Below, one piece after another: positions 18,396 to 37,389 of a stretch of 64,000 bases of DNA; the stretch's first letter is position 1; each line of letters starts with the position of its first letter. Made by a program: the position numbers and the translations under genes. A model generated the notes under the pieces. It made no database searches and was not told the DNA's origin. It saw only the letters and a list, made by a program, of their open reading frames with translations. The stretch comes from the human T2T-CHM13v2.0 reference genome, Homo sapiens: the NCBI RefSeq assembly GCF_009914755.1, contig NC_060927.1, one strand, 5' to 3'.

Positions 18396-18460
18396 AGATT
18401 TTCTTTCAGGCTTTGAGAATTTTTCTCCCATTCCAAACTTTTATCTTGATACTGATATCA
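18396..18460 (-). other. Probable 65-nt internal exon of an unidentified minus-strand gene (5' UTR or first coding exon)
   Basis: Minus strand: ttttttttttctttatttcag|TGATATCAG...GAAAATCT|gtaaga; long polypyrimidine tract; lies in a repeat-poor block; all three frames hit a stop when read from the exon start. Confidence 0.72.
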
Positions 18461-20834
18461 CTGAAATAAAGAAAAAAAAAAGGATCTTTAAATCTATGAA
18501 ATAGTTTTTAAATACAAAGTAGATCAATTCAAGAAAATATTTTAATAAACTGATTCATATACAACTTAATGTACATACTAAAGCTAATAACCACTTTTCT
18601 AGAACGTATTTTGTGTAACAAAATTAAGGGTTTATACTGAGTAACCTCTTATGATGTCAAACACTGTGTGGCTTTTCCTAGGCACAGCACTGTCATTTAG
18701 CAAAGTATTACAAAATTACACACGACATATTACCCTCATTCCTTAACAAGGAAAACTTTGTAAAATTAGATAGTAATTCTCTTTATGTTTCTTGATATTA
18801 AACACTGAGATTTTATTTCACTAAAACACAAAGATACTTATTTCTTTGCATGTTACATGATGCCTTTATTTTTTTATAATTAAGCAATTTTAGAGTATTT
18901 TTGTCACAACGAAGGACAAAGATAAGCCAACTGTTTAGATTCCTCTCCTTTATGTTGTGTCTTTGATCACTAACAATGCTGCGTGAACAGCCAACAGAAG
19001 GCTGACATTTCATAAAATATGCAGTGATAAAAACTAATACTGTAGCATCTGGGAGTGATATATAAAATGCAGAAATACACCTAATAACTGTGATCTTAAA
19101 TTACAAGTTACTAAAAGCTAAATAAAAGGCATACCTAAGAACAAAAAAAATAGCAAGATTACAAAAGGCTTTCTTTTACTTCTATTTCTAAAAACAAATT
19201 TTAAAATAATTTAAGTCCATTAGACTTTTCCTACTACTCTACAACTTAAAAGCTCATTACTTTCTAAGAACAGGGTATCTGTACTATATACACCTCTCAA
19301 CAACTGAAGAACATGTTACAAAACCACCAATGAAAGACCCTGTTCAAAATGCAGAGGAAGTTTTTCTTCTCGGATACTTAAAAATGTTAAAACTGCTAAT
19401 GAAGTAAAACAACACGTAACTTTTATGACAAGACGCCAGAGAGAACGTCTAAAATAAAATTTAAAGTCCATAATCATCTAAACAAATATACTCTTAATAC
19501 CAGTATTAATACATCCTTTCACAATCTAAGCCTTAAAGTCCTTGGTAAACCACCGGAAGCAAGTAAAATGTGCTCAAATATGTTTAAATAATTTTACCTT
19601 TACTACTAAACATTTGTTTTTTAATATTAAGAAGCAGGGAAGTCACACAATAAAGACAATCCAAGAGCAAACATTTGAATTTATCTTCATAGCATTTGGT
19701 TAAATATTCCACCTATATCCATCAAAATCACAGTCCAGCAGAAGTGTCTTATTGTTTTTTTAATATGTATGCTAAAGGGAAATGAAAAAACAAAGGCCAT
19801 ATTCAGCACTTCAAGAACTCTGAATTACACTTTGACTAAAGAAAATATACATGTAAGTATGTAGGAGGCAAGTGTCCTTGTGCTTATAATTAGCATCTGA
19901 ATTCAGGGATTTTACTACTTAGGGCATACCCACTGCCTGTTATTCTTACCACGGTTTTTTATGTCACTTAATGGAGATAAATATTCTCTTCCCTTCTCAT
20001 ATTTACATCAACGATATTTAATTTTTTTAAGGCTGTTAAAATAGGTTAAACACCCATCTCAACATCACTCTTCATCTCCAACTGGACAAAGAATGGCATT
20101 ACAAGACTGAGAATACAGAAGGCATATTTACATTCATAATGTTCCTAACTATAACATTTATGTAAATTATGTTTTTATATTTGCAAATACAATAATTTTT
20201 AGTTTCACTGCATATTTTGCCATTCTTTCAGCATTAACTTTCTATGGTTATTACAACCTCAAAAAATCATGCCTATGAAATATATGACATTGTTCATGCC
20301 ACTAGATAAAAACACCTGAAGCAAAAAAATAATGTATCTATGCATAACATATCTACTTTCAATCTAATCTTATTCTCCTACAGAAGATAGCTTTAGTATA
20401 TTAACTAAAAATTCCTAGTTGTTTGAGTTTAGAAAATCTTCCTTTTAGAATTATTTTCATTATCTTTTAACTATTTCACATGAGTTTACGTATCACATAA
20501 ATGACATAAAATTTACTAAAATTATTTTAATGTCGGGCACCAATTAATCATTCTTTCCATTATGTTGTCTACTGAATTTACCCAGATATATAGCATTATG
20601 TGTATTTAGAAGAAAAGAATTAAGTTGGACCATTTGAAGACCTACACTTTCAAGAATAATTTACCCTAATCAAAATTTATTAGTGAAGTAAGAAAAATTA
20701 TAAATACCAATGACAGCAGAGGGGAAAAAAGAGGTCAATTTTCTAGGTTTTCTGATTGTCAAAAAAAATGACAAACCACATTCTTCAACTATAACTAAGT
20801 AGGTAATTAAGAAATTAGCTGTAGAGCATCTTTC

Positions 20835-21960
20835 TCTCTCTTCCAGAATATAAAGTCCATGAAAGCTGAGTCCATACCTTTCTTGTTTAACTTTTTAATC
20901 AATGGTGCTTGAGTGTAGGCAACCAATTAAGATTTACGGGAAAAAAATAAGTGGGCATTTGTAATGAACTGTACATGGCTAAGAGAGATCCAAAGAAATA
21001 TAACATGGTCCCTGCTTTCTTAACACTTAAAATCCAGTCAGCAACATAGGACTTAGACCCAAGTGAAAAACAAAAGCAAGTAATAGTACAAAATACTAAA
21101 CAGGAAGTGCTTTGTGAGTAGCAACAAAGCAAAACAGGAATTCAGAAGATGGTGAAATCACAGTAGAACCATTGCAGAAAGACTTCACAGAGGGGGCAAG
21201 ACAAGAGCTGCAAGTTGGAAAAAAGTACGTTAAGCTTTAGGTGGACAAAACAAAAAAAGTAGAAAGGCCATCATAGAGTAAAATGCAGAAAAGACACAAA
21301 ACACTGAGAAATGAAGAAGGATATGCCAATGTAAAAACATTCTCAGTATGTTGGGACCATCCTGACAAAAATGAAAGCATTTTTGTTACTGGCCAGTGGA
21401 GGAAAAAACTAGGACAAATTTATGAGAGAACCTCAAATACCAGGCTGGAAAGTCTAAATTTCAATCTCTAGGCAAAGTGGGGCCAATGAAGGTTCCTAAG
21501 CAGGAGATTGTCTGGGTAAAAGCAATGCTTTAGGAAGATTAATCTGATGGCAATGCATAGGACAGATTTGAGGACAGCAGGGTACAAATTAAGAGACTTC
21601 TAAAGTATTCCAGGAATAAGGCTGCAGAGGAGTCATCTAGGCTTTTGAGAATGGTATAGAACTGGCAGGAGCAAAAACTACTAAGACAATACATTGACTA
21701 ATGAGATATAATGGGTAAGAGAGAACAAGACTAGGAATTCTTAGATCTAAGATAAAGAGTCTGAAGGATAACAGGAGGGAACAAAGAATGGCTGGATCTG
21801 ACTGGAGCGGACAGACAGTGGCAAGACGATGCTTCCAGTTCCAGACATTCACTGTGAGGGGACAGAGGGATGGAAACATAAAAATGAGGTTAAAAGTAGA
21901 GCTATAGATTTTAGAGTTCTCTGTGAATACATAATAGTTTAAAATCTTGAAAAGGAAGGG
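20835..21960. mobile_element. L2 fragments (3' end on +, then reverse body)
   Basis: 'gaatataaagtccatgaaagc' L2 3' end; 'catggtccctgcttt' and 'ctttaggaagattaatctg' reverse L2. Confidence 0.6.
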
Positions 21961-22218
21961 AAGAACAAAGAGCAGAGACTGAAAATTATACTACACTAAC
22001 AAAATCTATAAATACACCTGAGGAAATTAACTAAAGTCAAATAAAATGGAATGACTATATAAGAGAGTTCCAGTACAGAAGGAATAACTCAAAAAAGGAG
22101 AACACAGGCCCATAAAGAGAGTGCTTGCAAAAACTTTACCCAACATTGTTAAACAAGCGGGGTCTTAGAATGTACTGCAAGGAAGAACAATTTTTAAATA
22201 TTCTGGGTTTTTTTTTTT

Positions 22219-22237
22219 GAGAGAGAGAGAGAGAGAG
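22219..22237. repeat. (GA)n microsatellite after poly(T)
   Basis: gagagagagagagagagag. Confidence 0.9.
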
Positions 22238-22596
22238 GGGCTATGTTAGGATATAAATGAGAGACGAAAACTAAATATCTGAGGAAACAAAAACTTTTAA
22301 ACATATAATTTCTTACTGTTTTGTTTCACTAAAAGAAAAAGCTGGACATTTTCCTTTTAAAAAGTCCTGAGTCCATACAGCATGCAAAGTAAATGCCCAT
22401 ACAAGATTAAAAGAAAAACACTGTCACGTGCTTTTTATGCTTTATATATCAATTATATTCACTTTCGTATTTTTTCACATCTGCATTAGCTCTTATTACT
22501 ACTCTCTCAGGTTTAGGTCAGTATCCATATAAATTATACACTATATTTTTATATTTCCTAAATGCTATAAAATATTACAATGAGAAAAAAAATCTA

Positions 22597-22933
<337 letters not shown>

Positions 22934-24249
22934 ATACACACACCCAATTTGCATGGTAGAGCCCACAGAAGAACATAGAATTCACAGAAATCAGGAAAAG
23001 TCCCCACCCTCTCCCCCCACTTCACCATGGGCCTAAAACAGAAAATAACAACATAAACTACAAGAAGAGAGACCCAACATGAAACATAAATTTAAATGTA
23101 AAATAAGGCTTTAGAAAAACGTTTTCCAGAGTGTAACTATCTGAAGAACCCTGGGAACGGTTTAATTGTATCAAGATTTAGAATTCCAATGGAAAGGTTA
23201 AAGCTTTATAATATATAATCTTTACCATCATATGCAAAGAAGAGAGATGCTCATTCATCAGCACTAGGAATTGTTAGGATAACTTATATGAATGTACTCA
23301 CTGTACGTGGGTGTCTAACTCTACTAAAAGATATTTAAGCTAACCAATAAGTCAGATATGTTCTTAAAAATGCTAAGTGGTTATGTGTGTTAGATTTTCT
23401 GTATGGCATATTAATATACTTTTCCTGTATGATATAGTGAACTCAGTGATAATAAATATGTGCTGTGTCTGCCGCCTACATTTTCACTGACAGCACACGG
23501 AGTGTAAAACTGGCATTGTAAACTGAAAAGAAAGAAATTAACTTTAGAGGTATGTAGCATTAGTTTTATCTTATGCATTACTAAATCTAAATGCAGATGG
23601 ATTATTAAGGACACAAGTGTGTATAAATTAGCAAGTATCAAATATCTATTTAGCTTATTAAAATAAAATATAGAATAGAAAATCATAAATTGGTCTTTTT
23701 TTTAGGCTGTCCAAAGAACAAGTTAATCCATTTGAATACAAATTATATTCTGTGCTTTGGGGAAATTCCAGACTACAAATTTAAGTTGAAGAGTAGACAT
23801 AAATGGTAATTTAGCCATTAGATACACATAAAATACATAATTGTTGTCTTTGATTAATGTAGTATAATCTAATAAAAAATTTCAAAAAAGTGAAATTAAA
23901 ACATTCAAATACTTTATTAAAAGGCAGCTGTGCTAGTAAAATTATTTGTTTCTGTAACAGCTGTTTAAATAAATGTAATACCCAGTTAATTCTTTAGTAT
24001 AAAATAAAGTCTAAAGGTAGAGGGAGGAAAAAAGTCTGTCTTAATTCCTCTTCTTCACATGTAACAGTGTAAGGACAGAGTCAAACACAAGCAGCAATAC
24101 AAATTTAGATGCTACAAACTCAGGACTCACTAGTTACTTTGCTACTAAACACTGAGGAATGTGAGAAAAATAAGCTTTAGTGAGAAAGAAGTAAAACACT
24201 GATGTAAGTAGTCATATTACAAAACATGTGGCACCTTTATACATAAATA

Positions 24250-24509
24250 ATAGGCCCCCAAAAGAAGCTAGGAACAGCCTTGAGTTGACAGGCAACAAGA
24301 AAATGGGGGCCTGGGTCCTGCAATCACAAGGAACTGAATTTTGCCAAAAAACTGAATACACAGGAAACGGATTTTCTGACATTTGAACTTTAGCATGCTA
24401 CATCTCATACTGGACTTCTGACCTACAGAACTATAGAATTAAAAACTTGTGTTGTTTTAAACCATTAAATTTGTGATAATTTGTACAGAAGTTACAAAAA
24501 ACTAATACA
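24250..24509 (+). mobile_element. MLT1 (MaLR) LTR 3' part
   Basis: 'cacaaggaactgaattttgccaa' ... 'gacttctgacctacagaact' ... 'aactaataca'. Confidence 0.8.
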
Positions 24510-24761
24510 TGAGGGCTAAAAATAAGGCAGGATGACAGGCAAACAGAGGAACTGTACCAAGAAAACTGGGTTTATGATCACCCTATTCAGCACAATACCC
24601 ACACACAGCTAACTAGCACATGTTTTTGACACGAAATCAGTTTCCCCAATACAGAATGCAAACTTTTACCTTAAGAGGAGGAAGTTCTCAACCAAGTCAT
24701 TTTTCATTTCTGTTAACTAATTTCCTAAAAAGAATTAAACTCCACAAGCAAGCTGCAAATA

Positions 24762-27494
<2,733 letters not shown>

Positions 27495-27706
27495 TAGTGA
27501 TAATACACCCTTTTTCCCCAACAATTATAACTTTATTCCAAGTATTAACATAATTAATTTCTTTTATTCTGTCTATATTCTTTCCTTCTTCCTAATGACA
27601 TGTTTCACCATCTGCAATAACAATTCAAAAAGAAACAAAATAAGAAAAGGTTTAATACACCCTCCTGAAATATCCATTATCTAAGCATTTAAAAAACTAC
27701 TCATCC

Positions 27707-28003
27707 GGCCGTGCACGGTGACCCATGCCTGTAATCCCAGCACTTCAGGAGGCCGAGGCGAGTGGATCACCTGAGGTCAGGAGTTCGAGACCAGCCTGGC
27801 CAACATGGTGAAGTCTCGTCTCTACTAAAAAATACAAAAATTAGCCAGGTGTGGTGGTGCACACCTATAAATCCCAGCTACCTGGGAGGCTGAGGGAGAA
27901 TTGCTGGAACCTGGGAGGCAGAGGTTGCAGTAAGCCGAGATCACACCACTGCACTACAGCCCGCTCCAACAACAGCGAGACTCCATCTCAAAAAAAGAAA
28001 AAA
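27707..28003 (+). mobile_element. Alu (AluSx-like)
   Basis: Full dimer with degenerate TSD. Confidence 0.95.
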
Positions 28004-28506
28004 TAACTATTCACCCTAATTTAGGTCAGAGAATATGTTTCCATAGAACAGGTAAATGTTCTACTTAGGCTAAAACTTAAGACTCTAAGATGAAAAAAAA
28101 ATAATAATGCTGTTAATCATTGAGAGAACAGAGCTAAGGATCTGGAAGTAAACAGCATTTTATCTTTCAATCCAAGTTACCCTTAAAGAGGTCGGCATTT
28201 TGTTATGCTTAAGAGAGTGTAGAATAATATACTTTGGATTAGAATCATTCCAACACTAAATATAAATGCTTTTTTAAAAATTAAGCATAGTTCTCAATAC
28301 ATTTAATTTAAAAATTAATTATAAAATTATAAATACTACAGGAATTGATATCAATCAACAACATATTATTAGATATGGCCCAACCCTTCTAGGAACTCCA
28401 AATTTCGTGTTTTACTATTCCTGGGAATAGTTAATATTATTTCACACAATTCAGGAGTCATTGAATCCTGATCCCAAAGCAGTTTAATATTTTAGTCAAA
28501 ATATGA

Positions 28507-29440
28507 ATATGAAAAGGTGCTCAACATAACTGATCATCAGGGAAATGCAAATCAAAACTACAATATGATATCATCTCACCACAGGTAAAATGGCTTATAG
28601 TTATAGCCAAAAGACAGGCAATAACAAATGCTTGTGAGGATGTGGAGAAAGGAAGCCTTTCTACACTGTTAGTGGGAATGTAAATTAGTACAACCATTAT
28701 GGAGAACAGTTTAGAGATTCCTCAAAAAAACTAAAAATTGAGCTACTATATGAGCCAGCAATCCCACTGCTGGGTATATGCCCAAAAGAGAGGAAATCAG
28801 TATATCAAAGAGGTATCTGCACTCCCATGTTTGTTACAACACTGTTCATGATAGCCAAGATTTAGAAGTAACCTAAGTTTCCATCAACAGATGAATGAGT
28901 AAAGAAAATGTGCTACATATAAACAATGGAGTACTATTCAGCCACAAAAAAAGAATGAGATCCTATCATCTGGAACAACATGGGTGGAACTGGAGGTCAC
29001 TATGTTAACTGAAATAAGTCGGGCAGAGAAAGACAAATATCACATGTTCTCACTTATTTGTGGGATCTAAAAACCAAAACAATTGAACCCATGGAGGTAG
29101 AAAGTAGAAAAATGGTTACCAGAGGCTGGGAAGCGTAGCAGGAAGGAATAGAGGGGACGTGGGGATGGCTAATAGGGTAAAAAAAAAAAAAAAAAAAGTG
29201 AATAAGACTAAGTATTTGATAGCACAACAGAGTGATTACAGTCAATAATAATTTAATTGTACTTTTAAAAACACTTAAAAGAATAGTTGGATTGTTAACA
29301 CAAATGATAAATATCTGAGGGGATGGATACCCAATTTCCGTGATGTGATTATTACACATTCCATGCCTATATCAAAATATCCCATGTACCCTATACTATG
29401 TACCCCCAAAAATTAAACATTAAAACATTTTTAAAAAAGA
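28507..29440 (+). mobile_element. 5'-truncated L1MA (L1MA1-3-like) 3' end
   Basis: ORF2 C-terminus and 3' UTR 'tatttgatagcacaacagagtgattacagtcaataataatt'. Confidence 0.88.
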
Positions 29441-29639
29441 AATGAATCTGCTATCGAATACAATTAAACACAAAAATTAAGTAACAGTTAAAATTAGGAT
29501 GAAAGTAAAATGATACTTGTAGATTATATGCTTTTTATATGTGGATATAGAAACAAAAAAAATTTACAAAAATAATGAGTTCAATACTATAAACTAAATC
29601 TACAACTTTCAGCAGCTTTCTTACTTTCAACAATGATCA

Positions 29640-30759
<1,120 letters not shown>

Positions 30760-31062
30760 TCAGATGGGAAAAAAAACAGCATATAAGCATATTGATGGGA
30801 AAGATCCAGTAATGAGAGAAAAGTTAATAAAGCAGAAGATAATATTTCTGATCCTGTGACTCCCCTATCCCTATGAGATACTTTTATTATTCCTGTTAAC
30901 TATGGGAGGGACCAAAAGGTTAAATAACTTGCCCATGGTCATGCAATGAACTAGTAAGTTGTAAAACTCTTTATATTATGCTGCCTTTCTGAGTAATAAG
31001 AGAAATTAGTCAACCAGTTATTAAAATATGTTATTTAAAGCTATAATAATTAAAAGAATATA

Positions 31063-31431
<369 letters not shown>

Positions 31432-31526
31432 CTACTCAAGGATATGTGATAATTTAGCATTTGATAATGATAAAAATTTGTAAGACAGTAGGGTTAACTA
31501 GATCTCTCCTTAGCTTCTTATACTAA

Positions 31527-31894
<368 letters not shown>

Positions 31895-32600
31895 CCAAGA
31901 TAAATTTAAAATATAAAATAATATTTTTATAACCTTGGAATGTAGCCGAGTTTCTATGGATGTTTTCAAGTAACAAATATGACTATGCAAAAATTTAAAA
32001 CTTTTGTGCAATGGGAAAAAATCACCATAAATAAATATGAAATATACACAAACTGGAAAAATATTTTTATCTTATATAACAGACCCGAAGTAGATATTCT
32101 TAATATAAAAAGACTTTCTACACACTAATACAAAGATCATCACCTCAGTAGAAAAAAGGACAAAAAATGAACAAAAAAAAAGTTTTTAAGGGACACATAA
32201 CAAGTTGCACAAAGAAATGCAAATAAAAATAAGTTAATTTCTTCCCAGCTGATAAAGATAAAAAACACTGACAATATCCAGCAGTGGCAAGAGTATGGCC
32301 ATTCATATGTTATCACGTACCACTGGGGAAAGGCAAACTGGAGCATCTTACTGAGCGGTAATTTAGAAATATGATTTAAAATGTTAAATGCACTTAATCT
32401 TTGACCCAACAATTTCACTTGTAAAATTTATCCTGAAAAGACAAGTGCACAAAAATATATATACAATGATCCCACTTACAACATTACTTATTGGAAACAA
32501 TCTAAACAGTTACTATTAGGAAATTAATTAAGCAAATTATAGTACATCTACTCAATGAAATTTTATTAAGCAGTCACTTAAAATGATGCCATATTGCCAC
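31895..32600 (+). mobile_element. Ancient L1ME fragments
   Basis: Degenerate L1 3' ORF2 text (aaactggaaaaatattt, ctttgacccaacaatttcactt). Confidence 0.6.
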
Positions 32601-32692
32601 AATTATTGACAATAATTGTGAAGTACTTTTTACTTTATTCTTCTTCTTTTTTTTAATACTATTGACATGTTCTACAAAGGCTCATGCATCTT

Positions 32693-32998
32693 ATTTTTTA
32701 ACAGCTATACTGAAACATAATGAATATGCCATACAAGTCATCCATTTGAAGTGTATAATTCAATTGATTATAGTATATACAGAGTTGTGTAAGCATAACC
32801 ACAGTCAATTTTAGAACATTTTTATTACTCAATTCCAAAAATTACCCCATACCCATTAAACAGTCACTCCTCATCTCCCTCCAATCCCCCTTACCCTAGC
32901 AACCCCAAAACTGCTTTTTGTCTCCATAAATTAGCCTACTGTAGACATCTCATATGAAAAGAATCATCTAGTATATGGTCTTTTGTGACTGGCTTCTG
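32693..32998 (-). mobile_element. L1MB-like 3' end
   Basis: 'cacagtcaattttagaacatttttattact' and 'gtcttttgtgactggcttc'. Confidence 0.78.
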
Positions 32999-33279
32999 AG
33001 TCTGTAGTTTCACTGCCCATTTCTCTGATAAAGCTAAAATTCTTATTTTCTGTGGAAGCAAATGGAACTGACTTAGGAAAAAATTGCCCTGTGACTAATT
33101 CAGACTGTCTCAGCAGTAATATAAAGTATAAATTTCACCATCTTCACTTTTGTAACTTTTGCAACAGTACAGATGAATAAAAGTAGTACTGTTTTTCAAT
33201 AACCACACAATAATGCAACTCTACATTTTATACAACTGAATTTGAAGAAGCCATTTTTCATATTATGGCTGGATTTTTA

Positions 33280-34068
33280 CTACATATTCATACAATGAAC
33301 ATTTCATAGCAGTGAATAAGTAAGAGCTACATGTATCAACATGGATAAATCTTAAAAATAATATTGAGAGAAAATTTTAAGTTATAAAAGAATATATAAT
33401 AAAAAATACAGACAATAATAAATACTGACAAGGATGTAAAAATGGGGATCCTCATACATTGTTAATGGGAGTGTGTAACAGTATAGCCACTTCAGAAAAC
33501 AGCTGGGAAGTTTCTTAAAAGGTTAAACATAAATTTATCATATGACATACCAATCCCACTCTTAGGTATCTACCCAAGGGAAATGAAAAGAAATATTCAC
33601 ACAAAGACTTGAGCACAAATATTCTTAGCAGATTTATTAATAATAGCCAAAAACTGCAAACAACATAAATGTCCGTGGAATGGACTGACAGATGATGAAT
33701 GTTTTGACAAGACATACTAGCAATGTAGTAATATTCACCAATAAAAACGAAGAAATTACGGATACCATGCTACAAAATAGACAAACTTCAAAAACATTAT
33801 GCTCTGGACAAAGATAGGCACCACAGACCAAATATTATATTATTCCATTTATATCAACTATCCAGAAAAGGCAAAGCTATAAACACTAAAAAATAAATAA
33901 ATAAATTGTTGCCTTTGGTTGGGGGAATGGGGATTAGGAGTTAATGTACATAAGAAATCACAGTGGAGGAATGAAAATGTTCTACAGCTGAGTCATGGTG
34001 ACAGCCACACAATTTGGTTAAAAAAAAAAAAAACTATGAATTGTACACTTGAAAAGATGAATCATACC
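33280..34068 (+). mobile_element. L1MB/L1ME 3' fragment
   Basis: 'gtttcttaaaaggttaaacataaattt', 'ataatagccaaaaactg', 'gaaaatgttctaca'. Confidence 0.8.
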
Positions 34069-34381
34069 TTTTGCACGAGCACAAACTATTCCCCATCCCT
34101 CACCAAAGATAACTTTTTGCGTGTAAATTTATAGGAGAGTTGTCAAAAAATAAACTATGGTGGTATCTAAAGAAGGTTTCCACCATAAAAAAGGGGGTCT
34201 GAGGGGATCAATTTTGTCACAATAAATTCAAGTGTGTCTGAGTACGCTTTGAAGGTCACTAAACTGCTAGAACACATCAACCTAAGAAAGTAAGATCTCT
34301 TACTCTTAGACTACATCAAATCCTAGACGTGAAGGAAAAACAGGTACAGAACTTTTGGTAATCATCCCAACCTCTCTACTC

Positions 34382-34545
34382 CAGGAATAGCAAATAGGTT
34401 TCACTCACACTGAAACTTCTGGCTCCCTAAAGATGGGAAAATTATGAAACTGCCCTATGGCTAAGCAAGAAAGTATGCCATGACCTGATGTCGCAACAAG
34501 CATAGGAGAGGGAATGCACGTGAGATCATGTATTTGCCATCCCTG
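34382..34545 (+). mobile_element. MER117-like hAT MITE
   Basis: TIRs caggaatagcaaata / tatttgccatccctg; degenerate 8-bp TSD ctctactc/ctctagcc. Confidence 0.78.
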
Positions 34546-34865
34546 CTCTAGCCCACTCTATACTTAGCTAAGAGCACAGTTATACAAACAGCCCCCTTCA
34601 CCTCTACAGAGAAAAGACAAAGGTGAGATAACCACAGAGAAATATAATACAGAGGATGCAAGGTGTGGGGGTTGAGTCCACCAGTATAACAATAAATGCC
34701 AAACTCCACATTTCCTACAAAGGTATCTCCTGACTCCCTTTAACTTTATAGAGCTAGAACATTCTTATTAAATCAGGTGCCATTTGGTGTAGCTAAAGGA
34801 GATAATCTCTTTTTATTTAAAAAAAATCAACTTAAGAGAAAATAAGCCTGAATTAGCTTATCTGA

Positions 34866-34943
34866 ATTAAAACTAATAAACTTTATTAAACTTTATTTAA
34901 CTTTATTAAAACTAAATAAACTTTATTAAAACTAATAAAAACT
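34866..34943. repeat. AT-rich tandem repeat (aaactttatt / aaactaat units)
   Basis: Repeated taaactttattaaa motifs. Confidence 0.85.
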
Positions 34944-35894
34944 GTTTCAAAGATTTATTTTAATTATGATAGGGAATCTCAGATTTGGCCAAATCCTTCC
35001 ACCCAAAATATCAATTTCCTCTTAAAAGAAGAATTATTTTAGAACTTGAAAGTTAGGTTTTAGGGCTAAGGACAATGTTATAAAAAAGAACATTATAAAA
35101 GAAGACAAAGAAAAAGAAAACATAATGTCTAAGAATAAACTAATTTAGTCATTATACCTTTTTAAAGATTTCTGCAGTGGAAACAAATGAACAAGTGTTA
35201 GTCATCAAAGACTACTACTCATTTGATTCTGCCACAGTCCAAGCTAGAAAAAAATGAAACAAAACATCACAAGCCTCTCTTTAAAGCAAAAATGCAATGC
35301 CCTTTTGTCAAGCAGAAAAGAAATAACTTGAAATAAAATATTTTCATAAAGAACAAACTATGGAGTTTCATTATTTCTATACCTAGAATAATACTAATTC
35401 AATCAGCTAGATATTAGGCCCTACTATGTGAGAATCTATTAAAGAAATCAAATATTCCTACTAGCCACAGGATATTCTTCCAGGAAATACAAAAATTCTA
35501 AATCAATCTCAGCCTTAAAAAAAAAAAAAGTGAAGTAATTCCACACCCACACTTTACCATTTTTCTGCTTTCCTTTCATCTACTACTTGACAGTTATTAA
35601 AAGTTAGAACAATTAAGTGAAATTATCGTACGTAATATACTTTATGCAGATATGGAAAATTTTTAAAACAATCCATCTAGGAAGACAGTTAATGTGCTTA
35701 CTGCTGAGGTATTCTTGAGTGGGTTTTGATTTATTAGGACACCAGGGGTCCTATGAATTAGTCCATTGCTTACTTAAATCATGCCCTTGATCCAGGAAAA
35801 TCCCATGGTACCATTAACAAAATTATTCACACACAAAAAATACACAAACTACATTCTGTACATCAATAGATGGTGGCTATTGGTTTCATGGAGG

Positions 35895-36110
35895 GAGTGT
35901 GCATAGTGGTTACCAGCATGAGTTCTAGAGCCAAACATCCTGCCTTTGAATCTTGGCTGCAAGATTTTGGGAAAAAAAATTACTTAACCTCTCTGAGCCT
36001 CAGCTATGTCATATATAAAGTGGGGACCTAACTCATAAGGTATTGGGAGGATTAAATAATATGATTAATATGATTTGCATAAAGTGCTTAGAAAAGTAAC
36101 TAACACTTAG
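35895..36110 (+). mobile_element. MIR
   Basis: Core 'ttacttaacctctctgagcctcag' and 'gaggattaaat'. Confidence 0.85.
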
Positions 36111-37389
36111 AGCTTATTCACTATCATTTGCTACGCACCTTCCTCCTCCTATTCCTCCTCCTACTACTACTGCTACTAATCTTCTACATTCTTTTCTTTC
36201 CAATGTAATAAGGCCACCTATGTAACATTTCTCGGCATTTGCTTCCCAGAGCATTTTTTTTCTTACACAGTTTGCTGGAATATTTTATTTGTGGCTGGTT
36301 CTAACTTTATGTTAATTGTGCTTTTTGTTTCCTGCAAAAATGCAGTGCCTTACTATTGCTGTATTTAGAATTGTAAATTTCAAATTCTATAAATAAAAAG
36401 TTAAATAATTTTACAGGAAGCTAGTCCTGATTATAAATGCAGACTAATGACTTTTTTCCCCTACACAAAAAAGAATAAAATGCAATGTTTTAAAATAGCC
36501 CCCAATCTGTTGCTTACAAACAGTATTAGATAGTATTGCTCTTTTATTGATTCAAAAACAGGTACTATTAATTATTGAGTAAGACCTAAATTGGTTAGTT
36601 TGTATAGGTTTTGGGTTTATGCTATGAAAATCCTATAAAACTACATCAATTTGGTTAATAATCTTATAACATTTAAAATTTTTTATACTTTTATTTTTCT
36701 AGTATTTCAACTCACAACATCCTTCCAAAGGTATTTTCTCATTTAATCAGAGTCAATTAACTGAGGGTGACCATTGTGTTCTGGGCACAGTACTTGGCAC
36801 ACCTCCAGGAGGCACCATTCACAGTGGACTGAAGTGGAAGCAATCTGCAGTTAGGCAACGTGCTCTCTATATATAACCATATATATTATCATGTTTAGTT
36901 GATGTGATCTTTACAAACCATATAAGGTAGAGTTATTCCTATCATCGATATTCTATAGATGAAAAAGGAGATTGAGAAAGACAAATTGATTTGCTCAAGA
37001 TCCCAGAGTCAGTATCCGTCAGAACTAGAATCCAAATACCCCCGATACCTACTATTCACTCACTTTTGATTTGAAGGTCATCTACCATATTTCTAATCTT
37101 CAAATTCTTCCACATACTCGTCAACTAACTACAGTGGAGGCCAATTAACATCTCTTTAGAAATTACACAACTCAGGTATCTCTACAATTGTTATCAAAGG
37201 ATGATTAGGAGAAATGAGACAACAAATTGTGGTCAGCAACAAGTGCTGAGTCTATCCTGGAACTCTGCCCAAGATAAAACCCAAGACATTTCATTACTAA
37301 AACTAAGACATTTCATTATAATAGAAGAGCACTTTCACAGTCTCACAGGGTAAGTAAGAACGTACTACATCAAATTTCCAAAAGGGACT

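Noticed and set aside
18396-18460. Assigning a gene symbol to the host gene
   Set aside because: Not recognised reliably; needs a BLAT search.
36750-36870. Possible MER91-like palindromic element
   Set aside because: Only a partial, degraded resemblance; too weak to call.
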